The position numbers and the translations under genes were made by a program. A stretch of 64,000 bases of DNA from Naegleria gruberi (Eukaryota): the NCBI GenBank assembly GCA_000004985.1, contig GG738885.1; one strand, written 5' to 3'. Positions 32,182-42,721 of the stretch are shown piece after piece; position 1 is the stretch's first letter; every line of letters starts with the position of its first letter. The notes below the pieces were generated by a model. That model had not been told where the DNA came from, searched no databases, and worked only from the letters and a program-made list of their open reading frames with translations.

Positions 32182-32349
32182 TTCTTTTTTGAATATTTTA
32201 CAAAATAATTTCGTCCAGTTTCTTTTAAAGAAATTTTACAAATTAGGATTGTACATCATCATTTGGGCAATCCATTTATACTATTACATTGAGGTCAATT
32301 GAGATATCTCTTAAGGATTGATCCCATTAATTTTACAGAGATAACAAAA

Positions 32350-33885
32350 ATGATTCAAAAAAAAATGTCACTTCTCAACACATCTCAGTTGAACATTACT
32401 TCACCATGTCATCCTCTATTATTTCAATTAGGAGCCCTTAATTACGAGCCAACCATCACCCCAAACACAACCATCTGTCCCGATTCAATATTTACTCCAA
32501 TCATTTCATCAATTTCGACATTTCTCTGTCTTGTCATGATTTTTTTTAGTATTCCAATGATAATTATCAAAAGAAAGAGTGGACATATTGTGAACCGAAA
32601 TATAATATTAATAGTAGTTGATTTGATATTTAATTCGTATTTTGTTTTGAATACTGGAGTGAGGTATATTGTGGGAAGGAGGAATTTTGGTTGTTTGATT
32701 TATTCGATAACGTTTTTTGTGATTCCTCCTTCGATATTTATGCCAAATATATTGAAATGTTGGAGATTGTTTTGTTTGGATAAGATTAATTCGATGATTT
32801 CGAATACTTTAAACGAAAGTTTGGATCATCAGCTCAATAATAATCAATTGACCAATTCTATAACAAGACAACACACAACAGATCAAATAGCAATCGAAAA
32901 GGCATCCATTCCAACCGAAAGTACAAAACAATTATCACCCAAACAGAAACGATTCATTTCCCTTCTCAGATTTACAACCAGTAATTCCTTCTCAACTGTT
33001 TTTTACATTATCATTATACTATTCCACTTGGTGTTGTGGCTTATTTGTGGAGGAATTGATTTGGCAACACCAGGAAGGAAACTCTTCCTCGCCGATGGAA
33101 AATTATTGGATCCTCAATTTGGTTGCATTTTAGGATTGGGATCAATTGTTGTGGTTGCTGGTCAGTGTGTGGTTTACTTGGTTATTGAGCTGATTGTGTT
33201 GGGGTTGTGCTTTTATTCTGATAGAGATACTTGGAAAATTAAGAAGGAAACTATTATATGTGCTATATTTCAATTGATTAGTTGTGTATTGTTTGCTGTT
33301 TTAGGTAATATTGATATTGTAAAGTATTTAGTGGATAATTTGGTGCCGTATGGAAATGTTTTGGTGGCATATTCATTATTTGCAATATTTGTGTCGGTGG
33401 TTCTTCCAATTTTCTATTCCATTCGAGAAGATCGAAAGAAAATACTCGATTTGGAAAGTAATGTTGCTGGAGATGTTGAACAATTTTTGAAAAATAAGGA
33501 AAATTATGAGAAAATTTTGGATTTTGCAAGGAGAAGTTACTGTCCAGAGAATTTATTATGTTGGAGGGATATTCAGAGGTTTAAGAATTCGTTTCATATG
33601 AATGGGAAAGTGGAAGAAAGTGCAAGAATGGGAATTAACATTGTGGAGAGTTATTTGAAATCATGCTCATTGGCTCAGATTAATTTACCCTCCGATCTGG
33701 CCTTGAAAGTTGGAGAAATTGAAACATTGCTATCGAATTCACCTAATTTAATTAATCAAAATCTGTTCGATTCAATTCAAAGCCATTGCTTGGTAGATAT
33801 TCAATGTGATGTCTATATTCGATTCACAGTTCAATCAAAAGGAACCAAAAAAAATCAAAAAGAAGAAACATCAACCCAAATTTAG
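32350..33885 (+). CDS. 7TM receptor with C-terminal RGS domain (GprK/AtRGS1-type architecture)
   Basis: ATG at 32350 (the track start is TTG). Several hydrophobic helices run through about residue 380. RGS signatures are EKILDFARRSYCPENLLCWRDIQRFK, NIVESYLKSCSLAQINL and DIQCDVYIRFTVQS. Confidence 0.7.
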   Translation: MIQKKMSLLNTSQLNITSPCHPLLFQLGALNYEPTITPNTTICPDSIFTPIISSISTFLCLVMIFFSIPMIIIKRKSGHIVNRNIILIVVDLIFNSYFVLNTGVRYIVGRRNFGCLIYSITFFVIPPSIFMPNILKCWRLFCLDKINSMISNTLNESLDHQLNNNQLTNSITRQHTTDQIAIEKASIPTESTKQLSPKQKRFISLLRFTTSNSFSTVFYIIIILFHLVLWLICGGIDLATPGRKLFLADGKLLDPQFGCILGLGSIVVVAGQCVVYLVIELIVLGLCFYSDRDTWKIKKETIICAIFQLISCVLFAVLGNIDIVKYLVDNLVPYGNVLVAYSLFAIFVSVVLPIFYSIREDRKKILDLESNVAGDVEQFLKNKENYEKILDFARRSYCPENLLCWRDIQRFKNSFHMNGKVEESARMGINIVESYLKSCSLAQINLPSDLALKVGEIETLLSNSPNLINQNLFDSIQSHCLVDIQCDVYIRFTVQSKGTKKNQKEETSTQI

Positions 33886-34344
33886 AAAGTTAATAAATAA
33901 AATAAAAAAAATATTAAATAAATTTAAAATAAAAATCAAAAGAGTAGTTGCATTTCACAACTTACTTTGATTTTTATACAATTCATCATCAGACATTAAT
34001 TCGCATAATAATCCATCTCTCTTTCCCGTTCAACACCTTCTCTGGAACTTCTTCCCATTCTTTCCACCAACAACCCAAATAGTCCCACAGATAATAGATC
34101 AATTTTGAATACAATTCTTTCGATTGCACAATAAACACATTATCTACTTTCCCTTATCTCCTCTCTCGAGACACTATCCTCACGATCCAACAAGCAAACT
34201 TCTCCTATTAACACACAAAACCTATCATCACCCATCGAAACAATTCTCGCTCAAACACAAAATTCATTTTCTTTTTTAAAAAAATACAACGACACGAATA
34301 AATCTAGAGGGAACTCGTTCGTCAATTTTGCAAGATCATCACGT

Positions 34345-35805
34345 TTGTTTTGTGATTCTTCATCATTGTCATTTTGTAAATCTAGAGTTAGGAGGAGGAG
34401 AATTTTAATATTCATATATTACATGATGAGAAGATTATTGGCTAGACTTTCAATGAGAGGAGCTGGAGCTGGAGGGAATGGAGAGGGTAGTGAGGGAAGT
34501 TCATCAGATGAAGAAACCGGTTCCATTCTTGCTGAAATGAATTATTCGGAGACTATCAAACCAATGGCGATTGCTACAAATATGCAATTACCAGTTTATA
34601 ATAATGATTATTTGAAATCTGATTCAACGACCAGATATTATTGTGCCAATTCAATGCAGTATACTGAGAATTCTCACATGTATGCAGCATTGGTTGGTAA
34701 TGAAATCTTTTACTTTCCATCTGATTATATGGGAGTTAGTCATAGGAAACAAATCCTTTGTTGTAAATTGTCGAGTAGTTTGAAGGATAAGGCTGCTGAC
34801 ACAAACATGATTGAAAAACATCGAGATTTTCGTGTCACAACTGAGATATTTAATACTACTTATACTTGTAAAGATAATGTAAAGCAAGAGAATAATGTAT
34901 TGTTCCGAGCATTGTGTACAGATGAAGAAAAACACCTTGTCTATAGCTATGGTGGAAGTATTTTCACTTTTGAGCGAAGTCCAACTAATAATTTTCACAT
35001 TTTCAATGCCAAAAACAAAGAGTATAGCCTAATAGAGTTGAAGGATTCTGAAAACTTACCCAAATTAGAGGGTCACACATTAATAAGAAGAGATGCTAAC
35101 ACATTCTACACATTTGGAGGTTTACTAGAAAAGGCATTTTGTAACAAAATTTTTGAATTCAATATCAAAACTGGTGAGTGGCGAGAGGTTATTGCTACAA
35201 ATCATGATCAAGTCAAACCAAGATCCTATCATGTTGGGCAGTACGTGAAAAAGCATGACGTTATGGTCATTGTTTCTGGTAAACTCAAAGTTGGTCAATA
35301 TGCTCCAATGACCGATGAAATTTTGATCTATCACTTTAAGGAAAATAGATTCCAAATCATTACAAACTCGCCAACCCCATTCCACAAAATACCAGCATGC
35401 CATGTTATTCATTCATGTAATTTGACTGATAATCAGTTTGCATTTTATGGTGGATGTAAAACAACTGACTATAACGTGGATGAAGATTATGATCCTCATC
35501 TATTTGTATTCACTTTTAACAATAGAACTGATAAGAAATCAACGGATTTGACTCCTGTCGTTAGTATGTTCAATTTGCAGGAAAGAATTCCTTCATGTTA
35601 CACCACCATAGTATATCACAGGAAATTCAAATGTTTTGTTTTACTTGGTGCCAATGCAGGTCAAAGAAAGGATAGACTCAGTTTCTTTTATCTAGATCCA
35701 ATCTCTTACAATAATCCAATCGAAGCCTTTGTAAATATGAAATCAGTTATGGATTTTGAAGATCATTCCAGATTGCAAGATGTTACCCTTCATTGTACTC
35801 ATTAA
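34345..35805 (+). CDS. Kelch-type beta-propeller protein, paralog A (start probably ATG 34424)
   Basis: Kelch-like repeats (HLVYSYGGSIF, HTLIRRDANTFYTFGG). Shares blocks with 54924..56621: SYH..Y...D.MV.V.GK...G..APM..EILIYHF..N.FQ.I and YGGC.TTDY..D..YDPHL. The track start is TTG. Confidence 0.5.
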   Translation: MFCDSSSLSFCKSRVRRRRILIFIYYMMRRLLARLSMRGAGAGGNGEGSEGSSSDEETGSILAEMNYSETIKPMAIATNMQLPVYNNDYLKSDSTTRYYCANSMQYTENSHMYAALVGNEIFYFPSDYMGVSHRKQILCCKLSSSLKDKAADTNMIEKHRDFRVTTEIFNTTYTCKDNVKQENNVLFRALCTDEEKHLVYSYGGSIFTFERSPTNNFHIFNAKNKEYSLIELKDSENLPKLEGHTLIRRDANTFYTFGGLLEKAFCNKIFEFNIKTGEWREVIATNHDQVKPRSYHVGQYVKKHDVMVIVSGKLKVGQYAPMTDEILIYHFKENRFQIITNSPTPFHKIPACHVIHSCNLTDNQFAFYGGCKTTDYNVDEDYDPHLFVFTFNNRTDKKSTDLTPVVSMFNLQERIPSCYTTIVYHRKFKCFVLLGANAGQRKDRLSFFYLDPISYNNPIEAFVNMKSVMDFEDHSRLQDVTLHCTH

Positions 35806-35926
35806 AACAAAAAACTCTCATTTATTTACATTACATTTTCTATCTTATTGTTCAATTCACTGATGAATCATCTAAATTAAATTCAATCAATTTAAAAAGA
35901 GAATACGAATAAAATTCAAACAAAAA

Positions 35927-37217
35927 ATGTACAGAAACTCAACTCTCAAGCAACTAGTCCGTTCCGTAGCTAATAAATCCACTTCCGTAAGAAGACTCGG
36001 AAAGAACACCAATACCTTGTTCGGATCTTTAAGAGTGGCTTGCACTCATTCCATGACACCATCAGCAGTATCATCATCATCATGTTTTAAAACCTTCTCA
36101 ACAAGTATGCGTACTCTTGCTGATGAAACTGTTGAAGCCCAACATGTTTCTGAACGTTCCGATGTTATTATTGAAGCTGATGAAAATTTTAGAGCATTTA
36201 TTGATTCTGGAGAGCCAATTATTGTTGATTTCTATGCTGAGTATGTTTTACTATCGGAATTTGTTAATCATAATATTTATCGTTTTTAATCCTAACATTT
36301 ATGATAATAATAATATTAATAATTAATAATTGGATGATCAATTTATATTATTGGAATGAACTAGTTGGTGTGGCCCTTGTAAACAATTAGGACCTCTTTT
36401 GGAAAAGCATACATTGAAACATAATGGAGCTTTTAAATTGATTAAAGTTAATGTTGATAATCAACCACAAATTGCTGAAGCTTTCCGAGTTCAAGATATT
36501 CCACACGTATTATTTATTATGGATAAACAATTGGTTGACCAATTCAAGGGAGCCATTCCTGCAGATCATGTCGAAAAAACTTTGGAAAACTTTGCTAATG
36601 TAGCAAGAAATAGAGCCGCCAATCAAAGTGGACAATCTAATGAGGAACAACCACCACAAGTTGATGCTGATTCTCCAGAATATTTGATTTCAATTGCTGG
36701 TCAATTGATGGCTAAGGGAGAATTGGAAGAAGCATCAAAAGTATATAGTCAAGTTGTTGAAAAGGCTGTTGATAAGGAAATGCCAGACTATGCAGCAAAG
36801 GGTCTTGCAGGATTATTGACCATTTCAATTGCTCAATACAAGATGGATGCTGCCAAGTCAATTATTTCCAGATTGAACAAGGACCATGGTGAATTAATCA
36901 AGACTGATAAGGAAATTGTTGCTGCCATTTCACTTTATGAATGTTATAAGGAAGCAGGTGAACAAGTTGTTAAGGCCATTCATGAAGGAAAGACAATTAA
37001 TGAAATTCAAGGAAATAAGGAAAGAGTTCTCTACCTCTACTTGACAGGACAACAAAAGGAAGCTCTCGAAGCAGGTATTGCACTTTTAAAGAAGAGTGAC
37101 ACAAAGAATGAAGGAAGAACTGCTCTTGTTCACATTTTGAACTGTTTGGAAAATCAAGAAGCAAACAAGAAACTCGTCAGTGATACAAGAAAGAGAATGG
37201 CCAGCTTGTTATTCTAA
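35927..37217 (+). CDS. Thioredoxin-domain + TPR-like C-terminal domain protein (YbbN/CnoX-like), probable mitochondrial presequence; one intron
   Basis: Exon 1 (ATG at 35927) has an R/S-rich presequence then ...IIVDFYA. A GTATGT...CTAG intron spans 36241..36364. Exon 2 begins TGGTGTGGCCCTTGT, giving DWCGPCKQL (WCGPC active site), IPHVLFIMDKQLVDQFKGAIP and a helical TPR-like tail. Confidence 0.7.
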
Positions 37218-37612
37218 ATTGTCTTATTAAATTAACAATTATTGATTAAAACAGAGATAATTATTGTTTTATTGAAAGTGCTTGTAAAACTATTGATTTT
37301 ACACTGGAATTTGAACAGCTTAATAGTCGTTTCTTCGCACTTATGTAGTCATCACATCTGATAAAGAAACGAGTCATCACATTGTTGTGGCTATCGGAAA
37401 GTAACACAATGACCTCATCTGCCAAAGAGCAATCTTCAAACTTTCACTTCATAAACAGCACTTTGAATCACACTAATCGGTCAAACGTCAATCTTTCAAA
37501 CTCCAACAATTCAAAAAAATTCAATCATACCCATCTCTATTCATCATCCACTACCAACACACTTCAGTGAAAACAAATCCACCACCAAAACAACCATAAA
37601 CACACTATCAAA

Positions 37613-40600
37613 ATGATCGTTACATTTGCCTCCAATGTAGAGACTCACTATATGGGCTATATTGTGGTATGTCCTGCAGGAGAGAAGGCCATTCTCGATA
37701 AGAAGAGAGGTGGTTGGTGTTATATTCACTGCAAATTGAAAACTCCTTCCAATAATAATAATACTGAAAATTCATCATCATCCTCATCTCAAGGTACCTC
37801 AACAACAACATCATTCACTTGGGGAACACTTAGAGTACCAGCCATTTACCTCAATATTGATGATAACTTTTCCTCTTCGACTTCTTCCGATCATCATGAT
37901 AATTCTGATAACAATAACAAATTAAAAACACCTGGAAGTGCCTCTGAGGAAGATGCTCTCAATCCGTTGGAATGTGTCGAATATAAACAACCAGGCAGTA
38001 ACAACTCAACAACAGGCGCATCAACAACATCGCCATCAACAGCAACGAATAATACCAATTTGGTGAATGGCGCCAAATTTTCTCCTCATCAAAAAGTATC
38101 ATCATCACCTCAAGGTAAAACAACGACGGAACAACAACATGATACTGATCAAAAGAAGAGACCAGGTAGAACGTGGAGTGAAATTAATCAGGAATTTTTG
38201 GATGTTGTTCTTGATGAGAATATGGATGAAGGAGGAGGAGAGGCATCGAAACGATCTTCCACCTCATCAATTGGTTTAATTCAAAATATAAAGCCTACAA
38301 AGGATACGAGTAATGCTCTGATATTGGCATCTTATAGATCTTCAATGGATTCAGCAGCTATTTTTGATCAATTGGTGTATCATAACAATACGAATATTTC
38401 ATCATTGATAGGTGGTGGTGGTGCCAGCAGCAGTTCGAATAATACACCAACAACACCTGGAGGTAGCAATAAGAAGGCTGTGAAAAAAGTGGTCAAGAAG
38501 GTTGTACCAACAGTCGAACAAACAATACCAATTATTGAAGAGAATGCTAAATCAACTCCAGATGGTTCTGTTGAACAACAACCAATCATACCCGATAATA
38601 CTGTTCAACAAATGGAAGTTAAGGAGCCAACAGAGGCAGTAACAGAAAAACCAGTAGAAGAACCTAAAATTGATGCTCAATTGGATACTGTTCATTTAAA
38701 TGATGATGTGACAAGTACACGTAAAACCATTTCAATTGATTCTAGAGTGAGAGTAGCTCCAGAAGATCCTTGGGCAGGAGATGAAGAAGAAGATTTGGAA
38801 ACATTTGACACTGAGACAGATGGAGATTTTGTTTTAGAACATTCGACACGTGAAACATTTGACAATTCAGAGTTTGATTTGGAAGAATTGCTTGCTATGG
38901 CCGATATGGAAGAAATGGCAAGTTATGAACCTAATGTTGATAGTCAACAAATTGAAATTTACAAGACCAAATTACCTCACTTCTTTCACTTTGATGCAGC
39001 AAGTGATGATAGAAAGAACAAGTTACTGCATCACATTGCACTCCAACATGCGGCAAGAAAATTGGTCAATGTGGGTGCTGATTATGATTTGAAATTGGCC
39101 ATTCAACAAGGATTGGATAAAACCAGAGGAAAAGTTGTCAATAGAAAGGCAACCATTTTCTCTGGAGTTTCACCATTACAATATCAAGATTTTAAAAAGT
39201 TTTCAGTGGAAGAAGCTGGAAAACTGGTATCAAGAGCATTTGCTGATTGGTGGAAATTAAAGAAATTTGTAAATTACATGAAGACAGCTCCAGAATTCAA
39301 ACAACAGAGATTGAGACAAAACTGTCTGAAAGAAATCCTCTCCACAGAGAGAAGCTATGTCAATCAATTGGAAACATTGTACTATGACTTTTTCTTACCA
39401 ATGAAAAAGAATAACTTTGCCATTTTCAATCACTACAATCCTGCTCCAAATATTACTGCTTCCAATGTTGTTTCTCGTGATGGTCTCACTCCTGAGGAAC
39501 AATATAACATCATCTTTAGTAATATTGAGCAAATTTTAAAGACCAATACTGCCCTCTTACACGACTTGGAAATGGATTACAAGATGCACTACCCTAAAAA
39601 TCACTTCCCTTCAATCTTCAAGAAAATTCTCCCATTCTTGAAAGTGTACACTGTATATGTAAATAATTATGATAAGGCTAACGAACTTGTAGAAGAACTC
39701 TCTTTGAGAAATCCAAAGTTTAATGAGCTTTTGGAAAGCGTTTACAATAAGAAGAGTGTCACTCTTCAAAGTTTGTTAATTACTCCAATTCAAAGAATTC
39801 CTAGACTCAAAATGCTATTCCAAGATCTATTCAGGAGAACTATTCCAACCCATGTTGAATATAGTGTAATTGAAGAAACCTTGGCCATCCTTAATGAGCT
39901 TGCCCTCTTTGTCAATGAAAAGAAGAGACACGATGAAAATAATATCATCTTCCTTCGTCTCCAACAAATTTTAAGCAAGAGATATGGCAACTTGGTAACT
40001 CCTCACAGAAGATTTTTAAAGCGTGATGATTTTAGAGTTGTTTGCTCTAGAAAATTCCTCAATTCAGATTGCGAAGTTTATCTATGTAATGATATAATGA
40101 TTATTCTGCCAATGACACCAGAAAGAGGTCTCAGAATAGATTACAGTCATTTGATATTCTTTGCCTTTTCAGAAATGGACATAATCTCTGACGAAGATTT
40201 GAATGATGAAGAGAAGAAGGACTTTACCATTCGTGCATTTTTACGTAGTTCAGTTTTTACCTTCAAATTTGAAGCTATCAACGGTACAGAGAGAATCAAA
40301 TGGGAAAAGGACATTAGAGAATTAATTGATATGGAAAAATCAAGATGTAAAAAGTATGGAGTCAATCCAAGTTTAAAGCAAGATGATAAGAAACCACACG
40401 AAGAAAAGAATACTTCTACCTCTTCCGATAAGAAATCTTCGGAGGAAACTAGTCCAAGATCTAACGATTCTTCCTCTACTACCTCCACCTCTTCCTCGTC
40501 TGTTCACGTAGCACACAGTTCCCACCATTACACCCAAAGCTTGAGTGGATTGTTAAATACAAGTGGAAACAATGGTTCAGCAAGTCCTTCCCTTTTGGGT

Positions 40601-42277
40601 AATAATGGCAATGAGTTGTTCATTCAAGAGAAACGTATGAGATTATTCAACAGGTCTAAAATTAACAATTCTAAACTCAGTTCTTCTCAATTACAACACA
40701 AAAACTTGAAGCAAGATATGTACTCTTTGAGCAAAGTTGTAAGAGAACAAAAGAACCAAATTGCAGAATTGGAAAAACTCTTAAAAGCCAATGAGGAACA
40801 GTATAAGAAATTTGAGCTTGATTATGCTGATGTCGAAAAGAAATTATCACAAAATGAAGAAGAAAAGAAGGTAACTGACACTGAGCTGTTAGATGTCGAT
40901 TCCAAGATTATGGCAGCTTTGGGTAATGATGCAGACAGTTTTATGGAAATATTTGGTTCTGAGCCAGTTTGCACTTCAACAAAGGAAAAATACCAAAAGC
41001 CATTAGAAAGAACGGCAAGCAGCTTTATTATCAACAAATCCGTGAAGGTGGAAGGCAAGAATGAATCCAAAAATGAAGATCTTGAACAAGCTCGTAAGAA
41101 CCTTGTTGGAGGAAGTGGTGGTATTGATGAGTTGAAAGCTTTTGATAAGGAATTAATCATTCCTTACTTGGCACTGGATGCTAGAAGAACTTCTGATGCT
41201 GATTTCCAAATTAGTCATGAAGAACACATGTTGGAGAGTAATAGAGGCTCAAAGACTGCTAGAGGTAGCAACAGCAATAGAAAGACAGTCTTTTCAATGT
41301 CTTTTGGTACATCAGGAGATTCCAAATCAGAGAAGAGAAAAACTCTCTTACAAAAAGCCAAAGGAATGTTTGTTGGAAGAAACTCTGACTCTGATCAAGA
41401 TGCCAAGACTGTTCTAAAAAAGTCTTCCTCCACCGAAAATATCATCACCAATAAGCAAATTCTTCACATTAGACCAAGTGGAACCCAATCACCAGTTGCT
41501 GATGCACCACGTTATGGGTTGCCAACACTTCCTGGCAGTACCAACACAATGCCTGCTTTACCTACCTTCCTTTCCAAAACTTCAGCAACAGGTACTTCCA
41601 CTCCTTCATCCTCTTCTACAACAAATAATGATTCATTAGAATCTCCAGTTACAGAGTATAATCCATCATCATCTCTTTTACGATTCAATAGTAGTGGCAA
41701 TATGAAATCCCCTCGTAGGAAAGAGGATGTTATTCTCAAATCCAATTTTGATGACAAGAGGCCATTCCACTATAATAAGGAAACAATGGATTCATTCATA
41801 GATATTGATGCCAGAGATACCAGACACCAACAAAGAAGAGTTCCAATCAATGCCAGTTTATCTGCCTATGAGGAGCTCGATTTGGACAAGTTAAAACCTC
41901 GATCCAATATGGAAAGATTTATGGAAGAAAATGAGGAAATTGAATTTAATAATCCATTATTCAAACTTCGACCTCTTCCTTCTTGGAACACAATAGAGCA
42001 AGAAGAATTGAACTTTAAATACAAGGCAGATAGAGTCGTACACGGAGAGGATGTTTACTTTAGAACCTATCCTCTTCCAGTTGTTATTGGAAGAGAACGT
42101 GACAAGTATGCATGTCTCTACTTGGAAGATGCTAAGGATTTATTGGATATTGACAAATTACCAGACTCTGTGGACACCCTCAAGATTATGCTAGTTCAAA
42201 TGCAGAGAGATTTAACTCTTCTCAAAGAACAGATATTCTTTGGAGATGCTCATAAAGTTCCTCAAGGAGTCAACTAA
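37613..42277 (+). CDS. Dbl-homology (DH) RhoGEF with PH-like region and long low-complexity flanks
   Basis: ATG at 37613. DH domain LRQNCLKEILSTERSYVNQLETLYYDFFLP...LQSLLITPIQRIPRLKMLFQDLFRRT...ETLAILNELALFVNE. A coiled coil lies downstream. S/T/N-rich termini. Confidence 0.75.
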   Translation: MIVTFASNVETHYMGYIVVCPAGEKAILDKKRGGWCYIHCKLKTPSNNNNTENSSSSSSQGTSTTTSFTWGTLRVPAIYLNIDDNFSSSTSSDHHDNSDNNNKLKTPGSASEEDALNPLECVEYKQPGSNNSTTGASTTSPSTATNNTNLVNGAKFSPHQKVSSSPQGKTTTEQQHDTDQKKRPGRTWSEINQEFLDVVLDENMDEGGGEASKRSSTSSIGLIQNIKPTKDTSNALILASYRSSMDSAAIFDQLVYHNNTNISSLIGGGGASSSSNNTPTTPGGSNKKAVKKVVKKVVPTVEQTIPIIEENAKSTPDGSVEQQPIIPDNTVQQMEVKEPTEAVTEKPVEEPKIDAQLDTVHLNDDVTSTRKTISIDSRVRVAPEDPWAGDEEEDLETFDTETDGDFVLEHSTRETFDNSEFDLEELLAMADMEEMASYEPNVDSQQIEIYKTKLPHFFHFDAASDDRKNKLLHHIALQHAARKLVNVGADYDLKLAIQQGLDKTRGKVVNRKATIFSGVSPLQYQDFKKFSVEEAGKLVSRAFADWWKLKKFVNYMKTAPEFKQQRLRQNCLKEILSTERSYVNQLETLYYDFFLPMKKNNFAIFNHYNPAPNITASNVVSRDGLTPEEQYNIIFSNIEQILKTNTALLHDLEMDYKMHYPKNHFPSIFKKILPFLKVYTVYVNNYDKANELVEELSLRNPKFNELLESVYNKKSVTLQSLLITPIQRIPRLKMLFQDLFRRTIPTHVEYSVIEETLAILNELALFVNEKKRHDENNIIFLRLQQILSKRYGNLVTPHRRFLKRDDFRVVCSRKFLNSDCEVYLCNDIMIILPMTPERGLRIDYSHLIFFAFSEMDIISDEDLNDEEKKDFTIRAFLRSSVFTFKFEAINGTERIKWEKDIRELIDMEKSRCKKYGVNPSLKQDDKKPHEEKNTSTSSDKKSSEETSPRSNDSSSTTSTSSSSVHVAHSSHHYTQSLSGLLNTSGNNGSASPSLLGNNGNELFIQEKRMRLFNRSKINNSKLSSSQLQHKNLKQDMYSLSKVVREQKNQIAELEKLLKANEEQYKKFELDYADVEKKLSQNEEEKKVTDTELLDVDSKIMAALGNDADSFMEIFGSEPVCTSTKEKYQKPLERTASSFIINKSVKVEGKNESKNEDLEQARKNLVGGSGGIDELKAFDKELIIPYLALDARRTSDADFQISHEEHMLESNRGSKTARGSNSNRKTVFSMSFGTSGDSKSEKRKTLLQKAKGMFVGRNSDSDQDAKTVLKKSSSTENIITNKQILHIRPSGTQSPVADAPRYGLPTLPGSTNTMPALPTFLSKTSATGTSTPSSSSTTNNDSLESPVTEYNPSSSLLRFNSSGNMKSPRRKEDVILKSNFDDKRPFHYNKETMDSFIDIDARDTRHQQRRVPINASLSAYEELDLDKLKPRSNMERFMEENEEIEFNNPLFKLRPLPSWNTIEQEELNFKYKADRVVHGEDVYFRTYPLPVVIGRERDKYACLYLEDAKDLLDIDKLPDSVDTLKIMLVQMQRDLTLLKEQIFFGDAHKVPQGVN

Positions 42278-42721
42278 ACCTTAATAAAAATGATCACTCT
42301 ATCACCCACAACCTGACATTCTCAAAACCAATTTATCGTACCAAATTATACTCCAACTTCCTCTTCAAAACCAACACTCTAACTATGTTTTTATTATTTC
42401 CTTCGAATATTTGGTTTTCATCCGTTCCCATAAATGGATCGGGTTGTTATCGCTTGCGATACATCTAAAAAAATACGCGCTTATTGTCCACCTCAGAAGA
42501 CAACACATGGTGATGGACGAATGTAAAGTCGAGGTGATTTTAATGTGTACGACAAGTGGTGAAGGAGACTTTTCGACCATGATTGGATCTTACGCATCAA
42601 AGAGTTGAAATTTCCCTCATCTCTCTTGTTGCTATGATCCTCAATATAAATAGAGGGAAGAAAATCTCCATCAATACAATACAACAATAAGAAAAAAACA
42701 AAACAACACAACAACTTGATA

